This document shows positions 1 to 9,857 of a stretch of DNA of 64,000 nt, in pieces. Within the stretch, counting starts at the first letter, position 1; each line of letters starts with the position of its first letter. Under the pieces are notes generated by a model. That model was given only the letters and a program-made list of their open reading frames with translations. It had not been told where the DNA came from and did no database searches. Origin of the DNA: Candidatus Levybacteria bacterium RIFCSPLOWO2_12_FULL_41_12 (lineage in GTDB: Bacteria > Patescibacteriota > Microgenomatia > Levybacterales > UBA12049); the NCBI GenBank assembly GCA_001784155.1, contig MFPL01000002.1, positions 108,520 to 172,519 of the forward strand, given 5' to 3'. The translations under genes were made by a program, and so were the position numbers.

Positions 1-251
1 ACGTGAAGTATGTGAGTGCCTGCAAGAGTTCTGTACCCTGTCCCTATCCCAAATTTATCGACCGCCCCCTTAACGGCTTTTGCCAAACGTGGATTTACGG
101 ATAAACCGAGATAATGGCTTGAGCAAAAATTTAGTCTTGGTCTGCCATCAATTGTAAGATATGCGCCTTCACCAGACTCAATGATTCTGGGGATCTTGGC
201 AGAAGCCGCAGCTTCGTCTAATTTCTTATAAAAATCGCTTCTTTTACTCAT
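1..251 (-). CDS. kbl: 2-amino-3-ketobutyrate CoA ligase (glycine C-acetyltransferase), N-terminal 83 aa; runs off the window edge
   Basis: Minus-strand translation from the ATG at 251 gives MSKRSDFYKKLDEAAASAKIPRIIESGEGAYLTIDGRPRLNFCSSHYLGLSVNPRLAKAVKGAVDKFGIGTGYRTLAGTHILH. This matches the Kbl N-terminus pattern (INFC.NNYLGL...GFG..SVRFICGT..H). Its start overlaps the tdh stop (ATGA). Confidence 0.6.
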   Translation of the reverse strand, partial: MSKRSDFYKKLDEAAASAKIPRIIESGEGAYLTIDGRPRLNFCSSHYLGLSVNPRLAKAVKGAVDKFGIGTGYRTLAGTHILH

Positions 252-1258
252 GGCGTTAAAACAATTTTACCGCACTCTCCTGACTTCATAACATTCATAG
301 CTTTTTCAAAATCTTTGAGGGGAAATCTATGCGTAATCATCTTGCTTAAATCCACTTTTCCATTCCTTAAAAGCTCCGAGACTTCCTCCCATGTATCCCA
401 GATCCTTCTTCCAAATACGCTTTTTACAGTAAGCTCTTTATTGATGAAGTATTTACCGAAATCCACAGGTACTTCCTTCTTGGGAATTCCAAAAATTATT
501 ATTGTTCCTGCGATTCTTACCGCCTCAAAAGCAAGCTTAATAGCGTCCGGATTTCCAGACATTTCTAAAACTATATCCATTTGATTTAAATATTTAGCTG
601 GCAATTTATCATAAACTTCATCCGCCCCCATTTTCTTACCCAGACTTCTTCTATACTCCCCCCTATTAAGGCCTATTACTTTTTTTGCACCCTTTGCCTT
701 CGCCGCTGCCACAGCGCATAAACCTGTGGGGCCGAGTCCCGTTACGAGAACAGTCTTGCCCTCGACACCTGCCTTATTAACAACGTGAACTGCATTTCCT
801 AAGGGCTCCTGTGAACTCATTGCCTCAAGGGGAATGGATTTATCATTTTTCCATGAAGTTCTTATTGGAATCGTTGCGTACTCGGCAAATCCTCCGTCCC
901 TTCCTATTCCAAAAAGCTCCATGTTTTCGCAAATGTGTCTATTGCCGATTTTACATTGATAGCATTTTCCACAAAATATGTGGGTCTCGGAGGAGACTAA
1001 GTCTCCAATCTTTATTCCTCGCGGATTTTTTCCATTTACCTTAAGTACCTCACCCACTATTTCATGTCCTATAACAATAGGTGGAACGATGTGCCCCTCC
1101 GCCCATGGAGTCCAATCATAAATGCTTATGTCTGTGCCGCAAATGGATGCGCCTTTTATTTTTACTAGGAGTTCGCCGTCTTTCGGGGATGGTATGGAGA
1201 TATTTTTAAGAACAAGTCCAGGAACTTTATCTTCCTTAACTACCGCTAGCATATTCAA
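248..1258 (-). CDS. tdh: L-threonine 3-dehydrogenase (zinc-dependent alcohol dehydrogenase family)
   Basis: 336 aa with Zn-ADH motifs (GHEIVGEV, CGKCYQC, GLGPTGLCAVAAAKAKGA). The end-to-end profile resembles Tdh, and it is co-oriented with kbl. Confidence 0.8.
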   Translation of the reverse strand: MNMLAVVKEDKVPGLVLKNISIPSPKDGELLVKIKGASICGTDISIYDWTPWAEGHIVPPIVIGHEIVGEVLKVNGKNPRGIKIGDLVSSETHIFCGKCYQCKIGNRHICENMELFGIGRDGGFAEYATIPIRTSWKNDKSIPLEAMSSQEPLGNAVHVVNKAGVEGKTVLVTGLGPTGLCAVAAAKAKGAKKVIGLNRGEYRRSLGKKMGADEVYDKLPAKYLNQMDIVLEMSGNPDAIKLAFEAVRIAGTIIIFGIPKKEVPVDFGKYFINKELTVKSVFGRRIWDTWEEVSELLRNGKVDLSKMITHRFPLKDFEKAMNVMKSGECGKIVLTP

Positions 1259-1283
1259 GATTATAACAGATTAAATGTAAGAA

Positions 1284-1827
1284 TTATTCCAGTCCAAGCA
1301 TTCTTTCAACCTCTCTTATTGCCTCCCTTGTCTCTCTTGCTTGGCGCTCCACGTTTGATTCAAAACCTCCAAAACATACTCCGGGTAATACACGAGGCGC
1401 AATTTCTTCAATAGCCTGTTCCTTCGGTTCCGGCATCCAAATAACGCCCGCTTTTGACATCCCACACCATGAATTATCCAGTACATCTCTTGTAATTCCA
1501 CTAGGTATTTCCGCCATAAAATCTCCTATTTTCAATTTAGGGTCCTCCAGACCCATAACGTTCGGCAAGTCTTCTGTGCCTCTCTTCAAAAGCGCGAGCC
1601 TCGCTAGGCGACATATTCTTTATTCTTTCTCCAAAAACTTCGATAAGAGGTCTCCCTTGGGGATCATCAGGAAAAATCCCTTGCGCAAAATCTAATGCCA
1701 TATTAGGAGAAATCGCATCAACTCCGCTTAAAATAGAAATAATAGGTCTGTCGTCTGCTGGTCTTTCTTTAACGCCCATAAAAATACTTCCTCTATCGCA
1801 TTCTAGCGATTGAGCAGAATTTGTCAA
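1284..1827 (-). pseudogene. Hypothetical protein split over two overlapping frames (1537..1827 and 1284..1589); probable frameshift
   Basis: Two minus-strand ORFs overlap by 53 nt. The upstream frame terminates in a Gly/Pro tail and the downstream frame cannot extend 5' because of an in-frame TAA. Composition is continuous across the junction. Family not recognised. Confidence 0.35.
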
Positions 1828-1876
1828 TTTTCTGAATTTATTGATATTTTTTTGAGTTTTTGTTAAAATTTAGCAA

Positions 1877-2473
1877 ATGATAACCGTACCTGAAGCTACG
1901 GAAAAAATTATTAGACGCTCTAGATACCTTTCCGAGGCTCTATCAAAAGATATCATCAATATTTCAGGCCTTGCTCGCTATATAAAGCCTGAAATAGAGG
2001 CCATGCTTATCAAGAAAGTTAGCTTAAGCTCGATAATCATGGCATTAAAACGTTTAAGCGGAAATATCTATCCCGACACCCCATATCAAGAAATTTTTAA
2101 AATCGCGCCAGAAATAACAGCAAAAACCAATCTCGCCATTCTTATTTCTGATTCTAATATAAAAGACTCGGTACATTTCTTAGAAACGCAAGCCTCAACC
2201 GGAACGGTTATCCTCGGAAAAAAGGAAGATTTATCTAAGTATGCAGGTAGGAATAGCCGATTTTTTTATCCTGTTTCAAGTATTTCAATTTCAATTCCAA
2301 AAGATGCTATAGATACTCCAGGGATATATTATTTTTTTGTCAAATCATTAGCGTGGGAGAGAATTAATATTCTCCAAGTTTTTACCTCCCCAATGGAGCT
2401 TACAATAGTTGTCAGTGATAAGGATATGCAAAGAACGCTTGAGATTCTCAGATCTCTCTTTAGGAGAACTTAG
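1877..2473 (+). CDS. Hypothetical protein (198 aa)
   Basis: Clean ORF with an AT-rich promoter-like region at 1828-1876. No recognisable motifs. Confidence 0.4.
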   Translation: MITVPEATEKIIRRSRYLSEALSKDIINISGLARYIKPEIEAMLIKKVSLSSIIMALKRLSGNIYPDTPYQEIFKIAPEITAKTNLAILISDSNIKDSVHFLETQASTGTVILGKKEDLSKYAGRNSRFFYPVSSISISIPKDAIDTPGIYYFFVKSLAWERINILQVFTSPMELTIVVSDKDMQRTLEILRSLFRRT

Positions 2474-2934
2474 TTGATAGATTGTATCGTATAGAGGATT
2501 TTGCCGGCAGGGGCTTCGACTTCCACTTTTTCGCCGACTTTTCGACCTATAAGAGCTTTTCCCAGAGGCGATTCGTGTGATATTTTTTTGTCTTTTGGAT
2601 CTGCTTCCCATTCTCCAACCAACATAAAACTTTCCCTTTTACCGTCCACAGTGAGGGTCACAGTTGAACCCAGTTTTACTGCGCTGTGGGACTTGTTGTT
2701 GGTTATGATTTCAACTTGCTTTAATAACTCTTCGAGCTCATCAATTCTTCCGTCGATGAAAGATAGCTCTTCTTTAGCCACCACGTATTCTGCGTTTTCC
2801 GAAAGATCACCAAGGTTTCGAGCCTGTGAAAGTCGACCCAGAACTTCCGGTCTTTTTCCTTTGACCAAACCGTCGTACTCTTCTTTAAGCTCTGTTAGTC
2901 CTTCTCGAGTCAAATATATCTTCTTATTATCCAT
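2470..2934 (-). CDS. greA: Transcription elongation factor GreA
   Basis: 154 aa. N-terminal coiled coil with acidic tip (LTREGLTELKEEYD...GDLSENAEY) and C-terminal FKBP-like domain. A hairpin terminator follows at 2945-2963. Confidence 0.9.
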   Translation of the reverse strand: MDNKKIYLTREGLTELKEEYDGLVKGKRPEVLGRLSQARNLGDLSENAEYVVAKEELSFIDGRIDELEELLKQVEIITNNKSHSAVKLGSTVTLTVDGKRESFMLVGEWEADPKDKKISHESPLGKALIGRKVGEKVEVEAPAGKILYTIQSIN

Positions 2935-3009
2935 TTTTCCAAATAAAATCCCTCGGCATTTGAGGGAATGATTTATTAGCGAAAATGATATAGCAAACAG
3001 TTTTCTTTG

Positions 3010-4044
3010 TCAATGACCTCTAGTATTGAACCTACTAACTATATCGTAGGCACGTTTCTTGTTCTCCTCTGATACTGAGATCTTTACAATTCCTTCTTCG
3101 GGCCTGCCCACAACGCTCTCGCTTGCGAGGCGGGCGGGCTGGCCGTAAAAGACACAGCTTCCTAAGGGTAACGCCAGAAGGAGAGGGATAACCGCAAGAT
3201 CGTCCTCCCCGTCGATTAGAACTACACTTTCTTGATCTTTTCCCCTCCTGGAAATATAAGACACCGCTTTGAAAAGCTCGGGGCTTAAAGTTCCAGGCTC
3301 GTTTTTGACTCGTGTCAATTCTTCACTACCCGTAAAGCCCAGATCTGAAAGGCGGGAAAATTTCTTTTTCCTAGCCACTTTGAAATCTACTACTGAAATT
3401 GCAGGCCTAATTAAAAGGCTTTTTAAAAACTTAGTGCTTTCATCTCCTACCGAAGCTAATACTCCTGTTACGTTTTCAAAGTCCTCCTTTTCTGGGGACA
3501 CAATAAGTTTTCCAAAAGGATTTTTAAGCTCTCTTCTAACTTCATCTGTTATATATTTTTCCTTCTTCAGCCATAAAGGATTTATGTACAACTTCCCTTC
3601 TCTGTCAATCTCTCCGCTCCTAATTCTTTCAGATGTTATGGATTTCCCATCTTCACCAATAGTTAATGGACAAATTAGGATTTCAAGCTCTGCAAGACCT
3701 GCTTTTTTTCTAGCATCATTTATTATTTCCGCGCCTTTATGTGTTTCTACGGTAATTATTATCGCCTGAGCATCAAAATCGCTTTGAAGAGTTTTTCCAA
3801 AAACATCATCTATTTCAACTATTTCGAATCGGGGACCGCATGTTTTCAAAAAATTTAAAACAGCCATCTCTCGTGTTTTGTAACCTTCGAAACTCCCCCC
3901 TCTACTCTTTATTTTTGAGACGTAAATCTCGCTTGTTATCCCCACGACAACTTCATCCGAGACGCTTATCGCAAATTCCAATAAGTCTTTGTGTCCTTTG
4001 TGAAAATGATCAAAGGTCCCTCCGAAAACAACTTTACTAAACAT
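3010..4044 (-). CDS. Fusion protein: archaeal-type phosphopantetheine adenylyltransferase (cytidylyltransferase fold) plus C-terminal DUF359-like (GTP-dependent dephospho-CoA kinase-like) domain
   Basis: N-terminus VVFGGTFDHFHKGHKDLL has the (H/T)xGH nucleotidyltransferase signature. The roughly 190-aa C-terminal domain resembles archaeal DUF359/DPCK by composition and length. Confidence 0.5.
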   Translation of the reverse strand: MFSKVVFGGTFDHFHKGHKDLLEFAISVSDEVVVGITSEIYVSKIKSRGGSFEGYKTREMAVLNFLKTCGPRFEIVEIDDVFGKTLQSDFDAQAIIITVETHKGAEIINDARKKAGLAELEILICPLTIGEDGKSITSERIRSGEIDREGKLYINPLWLKKEKYITDEVRRELKNPFGKLIVSPEKEDFENVTGVLASVGDESTKFLKSLLIRPAISVVDFKVARKKKFSRLSDLGFTGSEELTRVKNEPGTLSPELFKAVSYISRRGKDQESVVLIDGEDDLAVIPLLLALPLGSCVFYGQPARLASESVVGRPEEGIVKISVSEENKKRAYDIVSRFNTRGH

Positions 4045-4939
4045 AACTTTTAATTTTGTATTTTACGAGATTTTTTCGATATTTCCTAAGGATAATGGAT
4101 TTATAATCTCTGGGGTGAAAAGCCAAGAATCCGTCTTTTACTGTTTCGCGGGTAAGGCTTCTTCTGATAAGAGTGAGCTGGAGTGATTTTGCCAAGCCTT
4201 CAGCGAGTGGAAATTTAGGTAAACATTCAATCAAATCATCTATCTTTTTTTCCTCTGTTTTTTTCACCTTTCTCCCTTTCATTTCTTTAAGAATGTTTGG
4301 CATAAAATCAGAAACCCACTTGTTTGCATCAATAAATTTACTGTAAGTGTTATCGCGCTCGATCACAGGCATAAGCTGTGCTACCTCATGAGCCGTATAT
4401 AGGTTCCTCAAGTTCCTAGGAATAGCTATGTTTTCCTCATCCACCAGCATGTTTAGGCAAATCTTATTAGAAAAGTCGTTGTCGCCTTTCTTTCTATGAA
4501 GTCCTATTCTTTTGAGAATCAGAATCATAAGTAACCTTGTAACCCAAAGTGTTTTTTTGCGCGTAATTACAAATAGATCAATATCGTCCTTTCTGCTGGC
4601 GTTCAGCATCGATAAATTTCCACTTACGCCAATGAATAAAACTGTTGGGACTAAAAAGAGTTTTTTTGAAGCCATGCGCGCAATGCTCATCTTCTTTTCG
4701 CTCTCATTTAACTTATTCATCCTCAAGTTAATGTTTTTACTTTTTCCCTCTATAAAAAGATATTTTCCGCGTCTTAAAACGACGGAGTTTATCTTTTTTA
4801 CCGATTGGGGAAAAGCTTCTTTCCCAACTTCTACCTCGGAAACCAAATAATTCCATAATTCCTCTTCCGAAAGGGGGTAATCAAATATGTCACTGTATAG
4901 AAGCGTTTTTACAATTGAGTTATTTAGTTTGGCTTTCAT
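4037..4939 (-). CDS. Hypothetical protein with Pol-beta-type nucleotidyltransferase motif
   Basis: 300 aa. GVSGNLSMLNASRKDDIDLFVI matches the GS-x9-13-DxD minimal nucleotidyltransferase signature. Confidence 0.4.
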   Translation of the reverse strand: MKAKLNNSIVKTLLYSDIFDYPLSEEELWNYLVSEVEVGKEAFPQSVKKINSVVLRRGKYLFIEGKSKNINLRMNKLNESEKKMSIARMASKKLFLVPTVLFIGVSGNLSMLNASRKDDIDLFVITRKKTLWVTRLLMILILKRIGLHRKKGDNDFSNKICLNMLVDEENIAIPRNLRNLYTAHEVAQLMPVIERDNTYSKFIDANKWVSDFMPNILKEMKGRKVKKTEEKKIDDLIECLPKFPLAEGLAKSLQLTLIRRSLTRETVKDGFLAFHPRDYKSIILRKYRKNLVKYKIKSYV

Positions 4940-6380
4940 ACTGGCTCACAACCTGATTAAATCCATTGACAAGCGTTTCTGAAGCGCTCTCAGCAGACCC
5001 TCCGGCCAGTATAGAATTAATTGCATCTTTAAGATAGGTGTTAAGTTTTGCATTTATTCCGTTATCGAAAGTGTTATCCACAAAGTATGAGGACCTCGCA
5101 AATGGAGCCTGTTTAACGATAGAATAAACATAGCTGTTGTCTTTAAGCCTTTCTGAAAGATTCTTATTTGAGTACAGCTCACCAAACAGCCTAGTACGAG
5201 ACTCCTCTGTAAAAAGTTTTTCCTGAGTGTCTTTTCTTGCCAAAAATTTCATAAAGAGAAACGCTTCCTTCTGATGCTTGCTTTCCGAAGATACTCCTTC
5301 TGCCCAATAACTCGCTAGAGCTATCTTTTCTCCCTCCGCAAGCTGCGGAACAGGAACTATTTCAAATGAGAGATTCGGATTTATAGCCTTAAGGGTAAAG
5401 AAATCCCAGGAATAGCCAAAAAACATAGCTAAGTTTCCTTTCGCAAATGCGAGTATCGAATTGTCCAAGGTCTTATTCCAGACGCTTTCATCTCCCTCAG
5501 CAAAAGAAGTATAAAAATTTAACGCATCCGTTAATCTCTGGCTAGGCTTAAGACCGTAGACGTCTACGCCGTTTTGTATGAAGAGAAGCGACAGGATATC
5601 CGGAGAGTGGGTTACGTTCTCAAATGTCCCCATAGCAGCTCCTGCAGTCTTAATATTACCCTCTTCGTCTTTAACCGTCAGCTCCAGCGCATAATCACGG
5701 AATTCTTCCCAGCTTGCAGGAGGATTAACTCCGGCTGCCTGAAACATATCCCTGTTAACAAAAAGTGCTAGCGTATCTATATGCAGAGGAATACCGTATA
5801 TTGCCCCGTTTTTGACCAAATCAGCTTCGGCTACAGGATAAAAATTGTCCAAAAACTCTTCCTTTCTGATTACGCTTTCGGGCAAAGGAGATAAGTCTTC
5901 TTTAAGCATTGGGTACCACGTGTTGTGAAACCTGAATATATCAGGTCCCGCTCCGTTTGCAATTCTTGAGCTTAACCTTTCCCTATACTCTTTTACATCT
6001 TGCTTTGAGTAATCTACTTTTATATTTGGGTTTTCTCTTTCAAAATCCGCTATTACAGGCTGCATAACTGCTGGGTCTTCCCAAAGCCCCCAATAAGTAA
6101 GCGTAACATTCTTATCTTTTTTTCCTCCCAAAGAGCTTATAAGACTAATTGCTAAAAACCCAACTATTAAAACCACCAAAAGGCCTACGATTAACTTAAC
6201 TGTGCGTATCGAGAGAAATCTTGATAAGAAAGACTTCCCCTCATCCACAGGAGGAGGAGCTGGAGGCTGAGGGACGGATGACTGTGAAGGCAGAGGCACA
6301 ACTGGAGGAACAGGGGGAGGTTTTGACATACCAGCCTGTCCGGACGTATTGGGATTTTGAAAAATCGTTTCGTCGCTCAC
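4920..6380 (-). CDS. ABC transporter extracellular solute-binding protein (family 1, sugar-type) with Pro-rich N-terminal linker and membrane anchor
   Basis: 486 aa. N-terminal PPPVPPVVPLP...PPAPPP low-complexity region, then a TM helix, then an SBP_bac_1-like body (TYWGLWEDP..., GIPLHIDTLALFVNRDMF). Confidence 0.6.
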   Translation of the reverse strand: MSDETIFQNPNTSGQAGMSKPPPVPPVVPLPSQSSVPQPPAPPPVDEGKSFLSRFLSIRTVKLIVGLLVVLIVGFLAISLISSLGGKKDKNVTLTYWGLWEDPAVMQPVIADFERENPNIKVDYSKQDVKEYRERLSSRIANGAGPDIFRFHNTWYPMLKEDLSPLPESVIRKEEFLDNFYPVAEADLVKNGAIYGIPLHIDTLALFVNRDMFQAAGVNPPASWEEFRDYALELTVKDEEGNIKTAGAAMGTFENVTHSPDILSLLFIQNGVDVYGLKPSQRLTDALNFYTSFAEGDESVWNKTLDNSILAFAKGNLAMFFGYSWDFFTLKAINPNLSFEIVPVPQLAEGEKIALASYWAEGVSSESKHQKEAFLFMKFLARKDTQEKLFTEESRTRLFGELYSNKNLSERLKDNSYVYSIVKQAPFARSSYFVDNTFDNGINAKLNTYLKDAINSILAGGSAESASETLVNGFNQVVSQYESQTK

Positions 6381-6415
6381 TTCTATATTATAGTATAATA
6401 CGTTGTATTCAAAAA

Positions 6416-7855
6416 ATGGAATTTCCCCGAAAACTTAAGTGGAAAAAAATCAAAAAAACCCAACTTAAAAGCCTTACGGGTATGCTCTTTTGGTTCTTGT
6501 CAGGAGTCATACTCGCTACTTTCCTTTTATCCAGCTTCTCATATATATTTTTTCAAAAAGCGAATGATAATAAAGTCTATCCTGGCATAAAAATAGATGG
6601 TGTTAACTTTGGAAAAAAAACACAGGAAGATGTTAAGAACTACTACGTTAAGCAGAATGAAGAAATCAAGGGATCTACGATCACCTTTAGTTATGGGGAT
6701 GAAATAGCTACGGTTTCGGCTAAGGAAATAGATCTTGGATACGACTCAGACCTTCTGTCCCAACAAACAATTGATTTAGGAAGAGGAAAGAATCCTATCA
6801 CAAACTTAGGTATTATCACGTATGCCTATTTTAACGGAATTAATCTTTCACCATCATACAGATTCTCCGAACAAAAGCTAAACGAATTGATTAAGCCTAG
6901 TTTACAAAAAATAGAAAGGGATCCTGTTGATGCAGCTTTCTCTTTCGAAAACGGAAGAGTTGTTACCTTTAAACTATCCGAGAACGGAAAAAAGGTAGAT
7001 AAAACATTACTACACGAAAGCGTAGATAAAGACGCTCAGAAACTATTTGCAGGACAGCGATTGAAAAACATTAACGTAGAAATCCCAGTAGAAACGATCG
7101 AACCCGAGATAACAACAGAAAGCGTAAACGACTTGGGGATTAAAGAGCTTTTGGGATCAGGCACTTCTCTTTTTCAGCATTCAATCGAAACCAGAGTCTT
7201 TAATATTAATCTTGCCACGTCCCGAATAAGTGGCGTTCTAATTCCTCCAGGAGAAGAATTTTCTTTTAATAAAACCCTGGGAGATGTTTCAGCGTTTACA
7301 GGCTACAAACAGGCATATGTTATCCAAAACGGAAGAACGGTGCTCGGTGACGGAGGAGGAGTGTGCCAGGTATCTACAACTTTCTTCAGAGCGCTTCTAA
7401 ATGCCGGTCTTCCTATTGTGGAACGAAATGCTCATGCCTATAGGGTACAGTATTATGAACAGGATTCTCCTCCGGGGATAGACGCAACCATATATGTACC
7501 TACGGTTGATTTAAAGTTCAAAAACGATACCGATCACCACATTTTAGTACAAAGCGCAATTGATCCCGTTGAGCAAAGACTAACCTTTTTTCTTTACGGC
7601 ACGAAAGACGGACGAGAAGTAACTATGACAACACCTGTAATAGGAGGCCAGTCTTCTCCACCCGAACCCAAATACGAGGATGATCCGACACTTCCCCTCG
7701 GCCAGACAAAACAAGTAGACTTCGCTGCATGGGGAGCAAATGTATCATTTAATCGCGAAGTGAAAAAAAACGGAAAAGTAATAATATCCGACAGATTCGT
7801 CTCCAACTACCGCCCTTGGCAAGCAGTATTCCTGCGAGGAACTAAAACCCCATGA
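6416..7855 (+). CDS. VanW family protein (membrane-anchored)
   Basis: VanW core GGGVCQVSTTFFRALLNAGLPIVERNAHAYRVQYY. Start reassigned to the ATG at 6416 (MEFPRKL...), upstream of the TM helix, because the longer ORF overlaps the divergent SBP gene. Confidence 0.75.
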   Translation: MEFPRKLKWKKIKKTQLKSLTGMLFWFLSGVILATFLLSSFSYIFFQKANDNKVYPGIKIDGVNFGKKTQEDVKNYYVKQNEEIKGSTITFSYGDEIATVSAKEIDLGYDSDLLSQQTIDLGRGKNPITNLGIITYAYFNGINLSPSYRFSEQKLNELIKPSLQKIERDPVDAAFSFENGRVVTFKLSENGKKVDKTLLHESVDKDAQKLFAGQRLKNINVEIPVETIEPEITTESVNDLGIKELLGSGTSLFQHSIETRVFNINLATSRISGVLIPPGEEFSFNKTLGDVSAFTGYKQAYVIQNGRTVLGDGGGVCQVSTTFFRALLNAGLPIVERNAHAYRVQYYEQDSPPGIDATIYVPTVDLKFKNDTDHHILVQSAIDPVEQRLTFFLYGTKDGREVTMTTPVIGGQSSPPEPKYEDDPTLPLGQTKQVDFAAWGANVSFNREVKKNGKVIISDRFVSNYRPWQAVFLRGTKTP

Positions 7856-8355
7856 CAAAATTATTTAATGAAAGAGTCTTTTCCCCCGAAAGAGCGATTA
7901 AGATAGCAGAGGAACTAAACCAAAAAGGCAAGAGAATAGTTCTTGTGGGCGGATGTTTTGACATAATTCACAAGGGACATATACTTTTCCTTAAAAAAGC
8001 TAAGGATGAGGGAGATTTTCTTTTCGTATTTTTAGAAAGCGATAAAAAAGTAAGAGAATTAAAAGGATACGGTAGACCAATAAATCCGCAGGAAGATCGA
8101 GCGGCAGTTCTTTCCGGGCTTCGCTTTGTAGATGGGATTATCATGCTTCCAAAGATGACAAGCAATATTCAATATGATAGACTGATAACTCAAATTAAGC
8201 CTGCGATTATAGCAGTAACTGAAGGCGATCCTAATCTAAAACAAAGAGAGGAACAAGCAGGAATCGCTGGAGGAAAAATAAAAAGTGTCACCAAAAGAAT
8301 TTCATATTCAACAACCAAAACTCTTGCCCAATTACCTCAAAAAACTTCCAAGTAA
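7852..8355 (+). CDS. Cytidylyltransferase-like nucleotidyltransferase (RibL / HldE domain II-like)
   Basis: 167 aa. RIVLVGGCFDIIHKGHILFLKKAK matches the (H/T)xGH adenylyl/cytidylyltransferase motif. Start overlaps the VanW stop (ATGA). Confidence 0.6.
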   Translation: MTKLFNERVFSPERAIKIAEELNQKGKRIVLVGGCFDIIHKGHILFLKKAKDEGDFLFVFLESDKKVRELKGYGRPINPQEDRAAVLSGLRFVDGIIMLPKMTSNIQYDRLITQIKPAIIAVTEGDPNLKQREEQAGIAGGKIKSVTKRISYSTTKTLAQLPQKTSK

Positions 8356-8815
8356 AAAACTTGTTTTAGGTTCGATCACTGTTCTACTCGTTATAGTATC
8401 TATGGCAATTGTTATTTCACGCCTTAATCAAGGCTCCGGGCTCTTAAGCACGCCGAGGGTAGAGCTCTCCGATAAATCCTTTACAGTTGCTGTAGCGGAT
8501 GAACCCAAAGAGCAGGAAAAAGGATTATCCGGAAAGAACAACCTACCAAAAAATCGAGGAATGCTTTTTGTTTTTGGGAAGCCTGACTACTATTCTTTCT
8601 GGATGAAAGACATGAAGTTTCCAATAGATATTATTTTTATAAACGGGGATAAGGTGGTAAAAATCTATCACAATGTCCCAACTCCCCCACAAAGCGGTGG
8701 ACTAGCTGTCTATCAAACGCCCCAGCCAGCAGACAGGGTATTAGAAATTAATGCAGGTCTTTCGAAAAAATACAATTTCAAAGAAGGGGACAAGGTAAAA
8801 ATAGAAAACATATGA
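8285..8815 (+). CDS. DUF192-like secreted or membrane-anchored protein (start uncertain; may begin near 8350)
   Basis: The ORF as given starts at a GTG and overlaps the previous gene by 70 nt. It has a TM/signal segment and a C-terminal region (MLFVFGKPDYYSFWMKDMKFPIDIIF...VLEINAG) typical of DUF192. Confidence 0.5.
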   Translation: MSPKEFHIQQPKLLPNYLKKLPSKKLVLGSITVLLVIVSMAIVISRLNQGSGLLSTPRVELSDKSFTVAVADEPKEQEKGLSGKNNLPKNRGMLFVFGKPDYYSFWMKDMKFPIDIIFINGDKVVKIYHNVPTPPQSGGLAVYQTPQPADRVLEINAGLSKKYNFKEGDKVKIENI

Positions 8816-8824
8816 TAGGCTTCT

Positions 8825-9841
8825 ATGAAAATTTTAGGAATAGAAACTAGCTGTGATGAGACATCTGCAGCAATTGTAGAATCTAACAAGTCTTCGCTAA
8901 ATCTTCTATCAAATATCGTTGCCTCCTCAGTCGAGCTTCATGCGAAAACAGGAGGAATAATTCCTGAAAATGCTGCACGCGAGCAGCTAAGATATATCAT
9001 TCCTGTAATAAAGGAGGCATTAGAAAAGTCTGAGCAAAAGAAAGGAATGCCAGACATAGATGCAGTCGCAATTACAGTAGGCCCGGGACTCATGGGATCG
9101 CTAGTCGTAGGCGTAGAGACAGCAAGAGTCCTGTCGTACATTTGGAAAATCCCCTTAATTCCAGTAAGCCATCTTTATGGACACATCTACGCTAACTTCA
9201 TTGGTAGAAATCCTGACGATATTCCTTTTCCAGCTATATCCCTAGTTGTGTCAGGAGGGCATACGGACTTGGTGGTCATAAAAAAACATAAAGACATAAA
9301 ATGGATCGGCGGAACACGCGATGATGCAGCGGGAGAAGCACTAGACAAAATTGGTAGGCTTATCGATCTTCCCTATCCAGCGGGGCCAACAATAGAAAAA
9401 TTGGCGCTAGAGGGCGATCCCAAAAGGTTTGATCTTCCTAGGCCTATGATAGGAAGTCCTGATTTTGATTTTTCCTTCTCGGGTTTGAAAACAGCAGCGC
9501 TTCGCGAGGTAAAAGCAATTAAAAAACTAGATGAACAAACAAAACGCGATCTTTGTGCGTCTGTCCAGAAAGCAATAATAGCTGTGCTTATTAGAAAAAC
9601 TTTAAAAGCTGCACGAAAATATGAAGCAAAATCAATTCTTCTAGGCGGTGGAGTTACTGCAAACCAAAGTCTCCGCGACGAACTTGAATTAGAAATTGAA
9701 AATTCTAAATTGAAAATTAAACTTTTTGTCCCAACAAAAAGTTTGTGTACCGACAACGGCGCAATGATAGCCGCAGCTGCTTTCTTTCAAAAAGAGGAAT
9801 CTTGGAAAGATATGCAAGCTTCTCCCTCTCTTCACTTTTGA
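8825..9841 (+). CDS. tsaD: tRNA N6-adenosine threonylcarbamoyltransferase TsaD (Kae1/Gcp)
   Basis: 338 aa. MKILGIETSCDETSAAIV, HLYGHIYANF and SGGHTDLVV motifs of the Kae1/TsaD family. Confidence 0.9.
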   Translation: MKILGIETSCDETSAAIVESNKSSLNLLSNIVASSVELHAKTGGIIPENAAREQLRYIIPVIKEALEKSEQKKGMPDIDAVAITVGPGLMGSLVVGVETARVLSYIWKIPLIPVSHLYGHIYANFIGRNPDDIPFPAISLVVSGGHTDLVVIKKHKDIKWIGGTRDDAAGEALDKIGRLIDLPYPAGPTIEKLALEGDPKRFDLPRPMIGSPDFDFSFSGLKTAALREVKAIKKLDEQTKRDLCASVQKAIIAVLIRKTLKAARKYEAKSILLGGGVTANQSLRDELELEIENSKLKIKLFVPTKSLCTDNGAMIAAAAFFQKEESWKDMQASPSLHF

Positions 9842-9857
9842 CATTCATGATAGAATA

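Noticed and set aside
6221-6415. Extended 5' part of the VanW ORF (start at 6221)
   Set aside because: It overlaps the divergently transcribed substrate-binding protein gene. The downstream ATG at 6416 immediately precedes the TM helix and gives a conventional protein.
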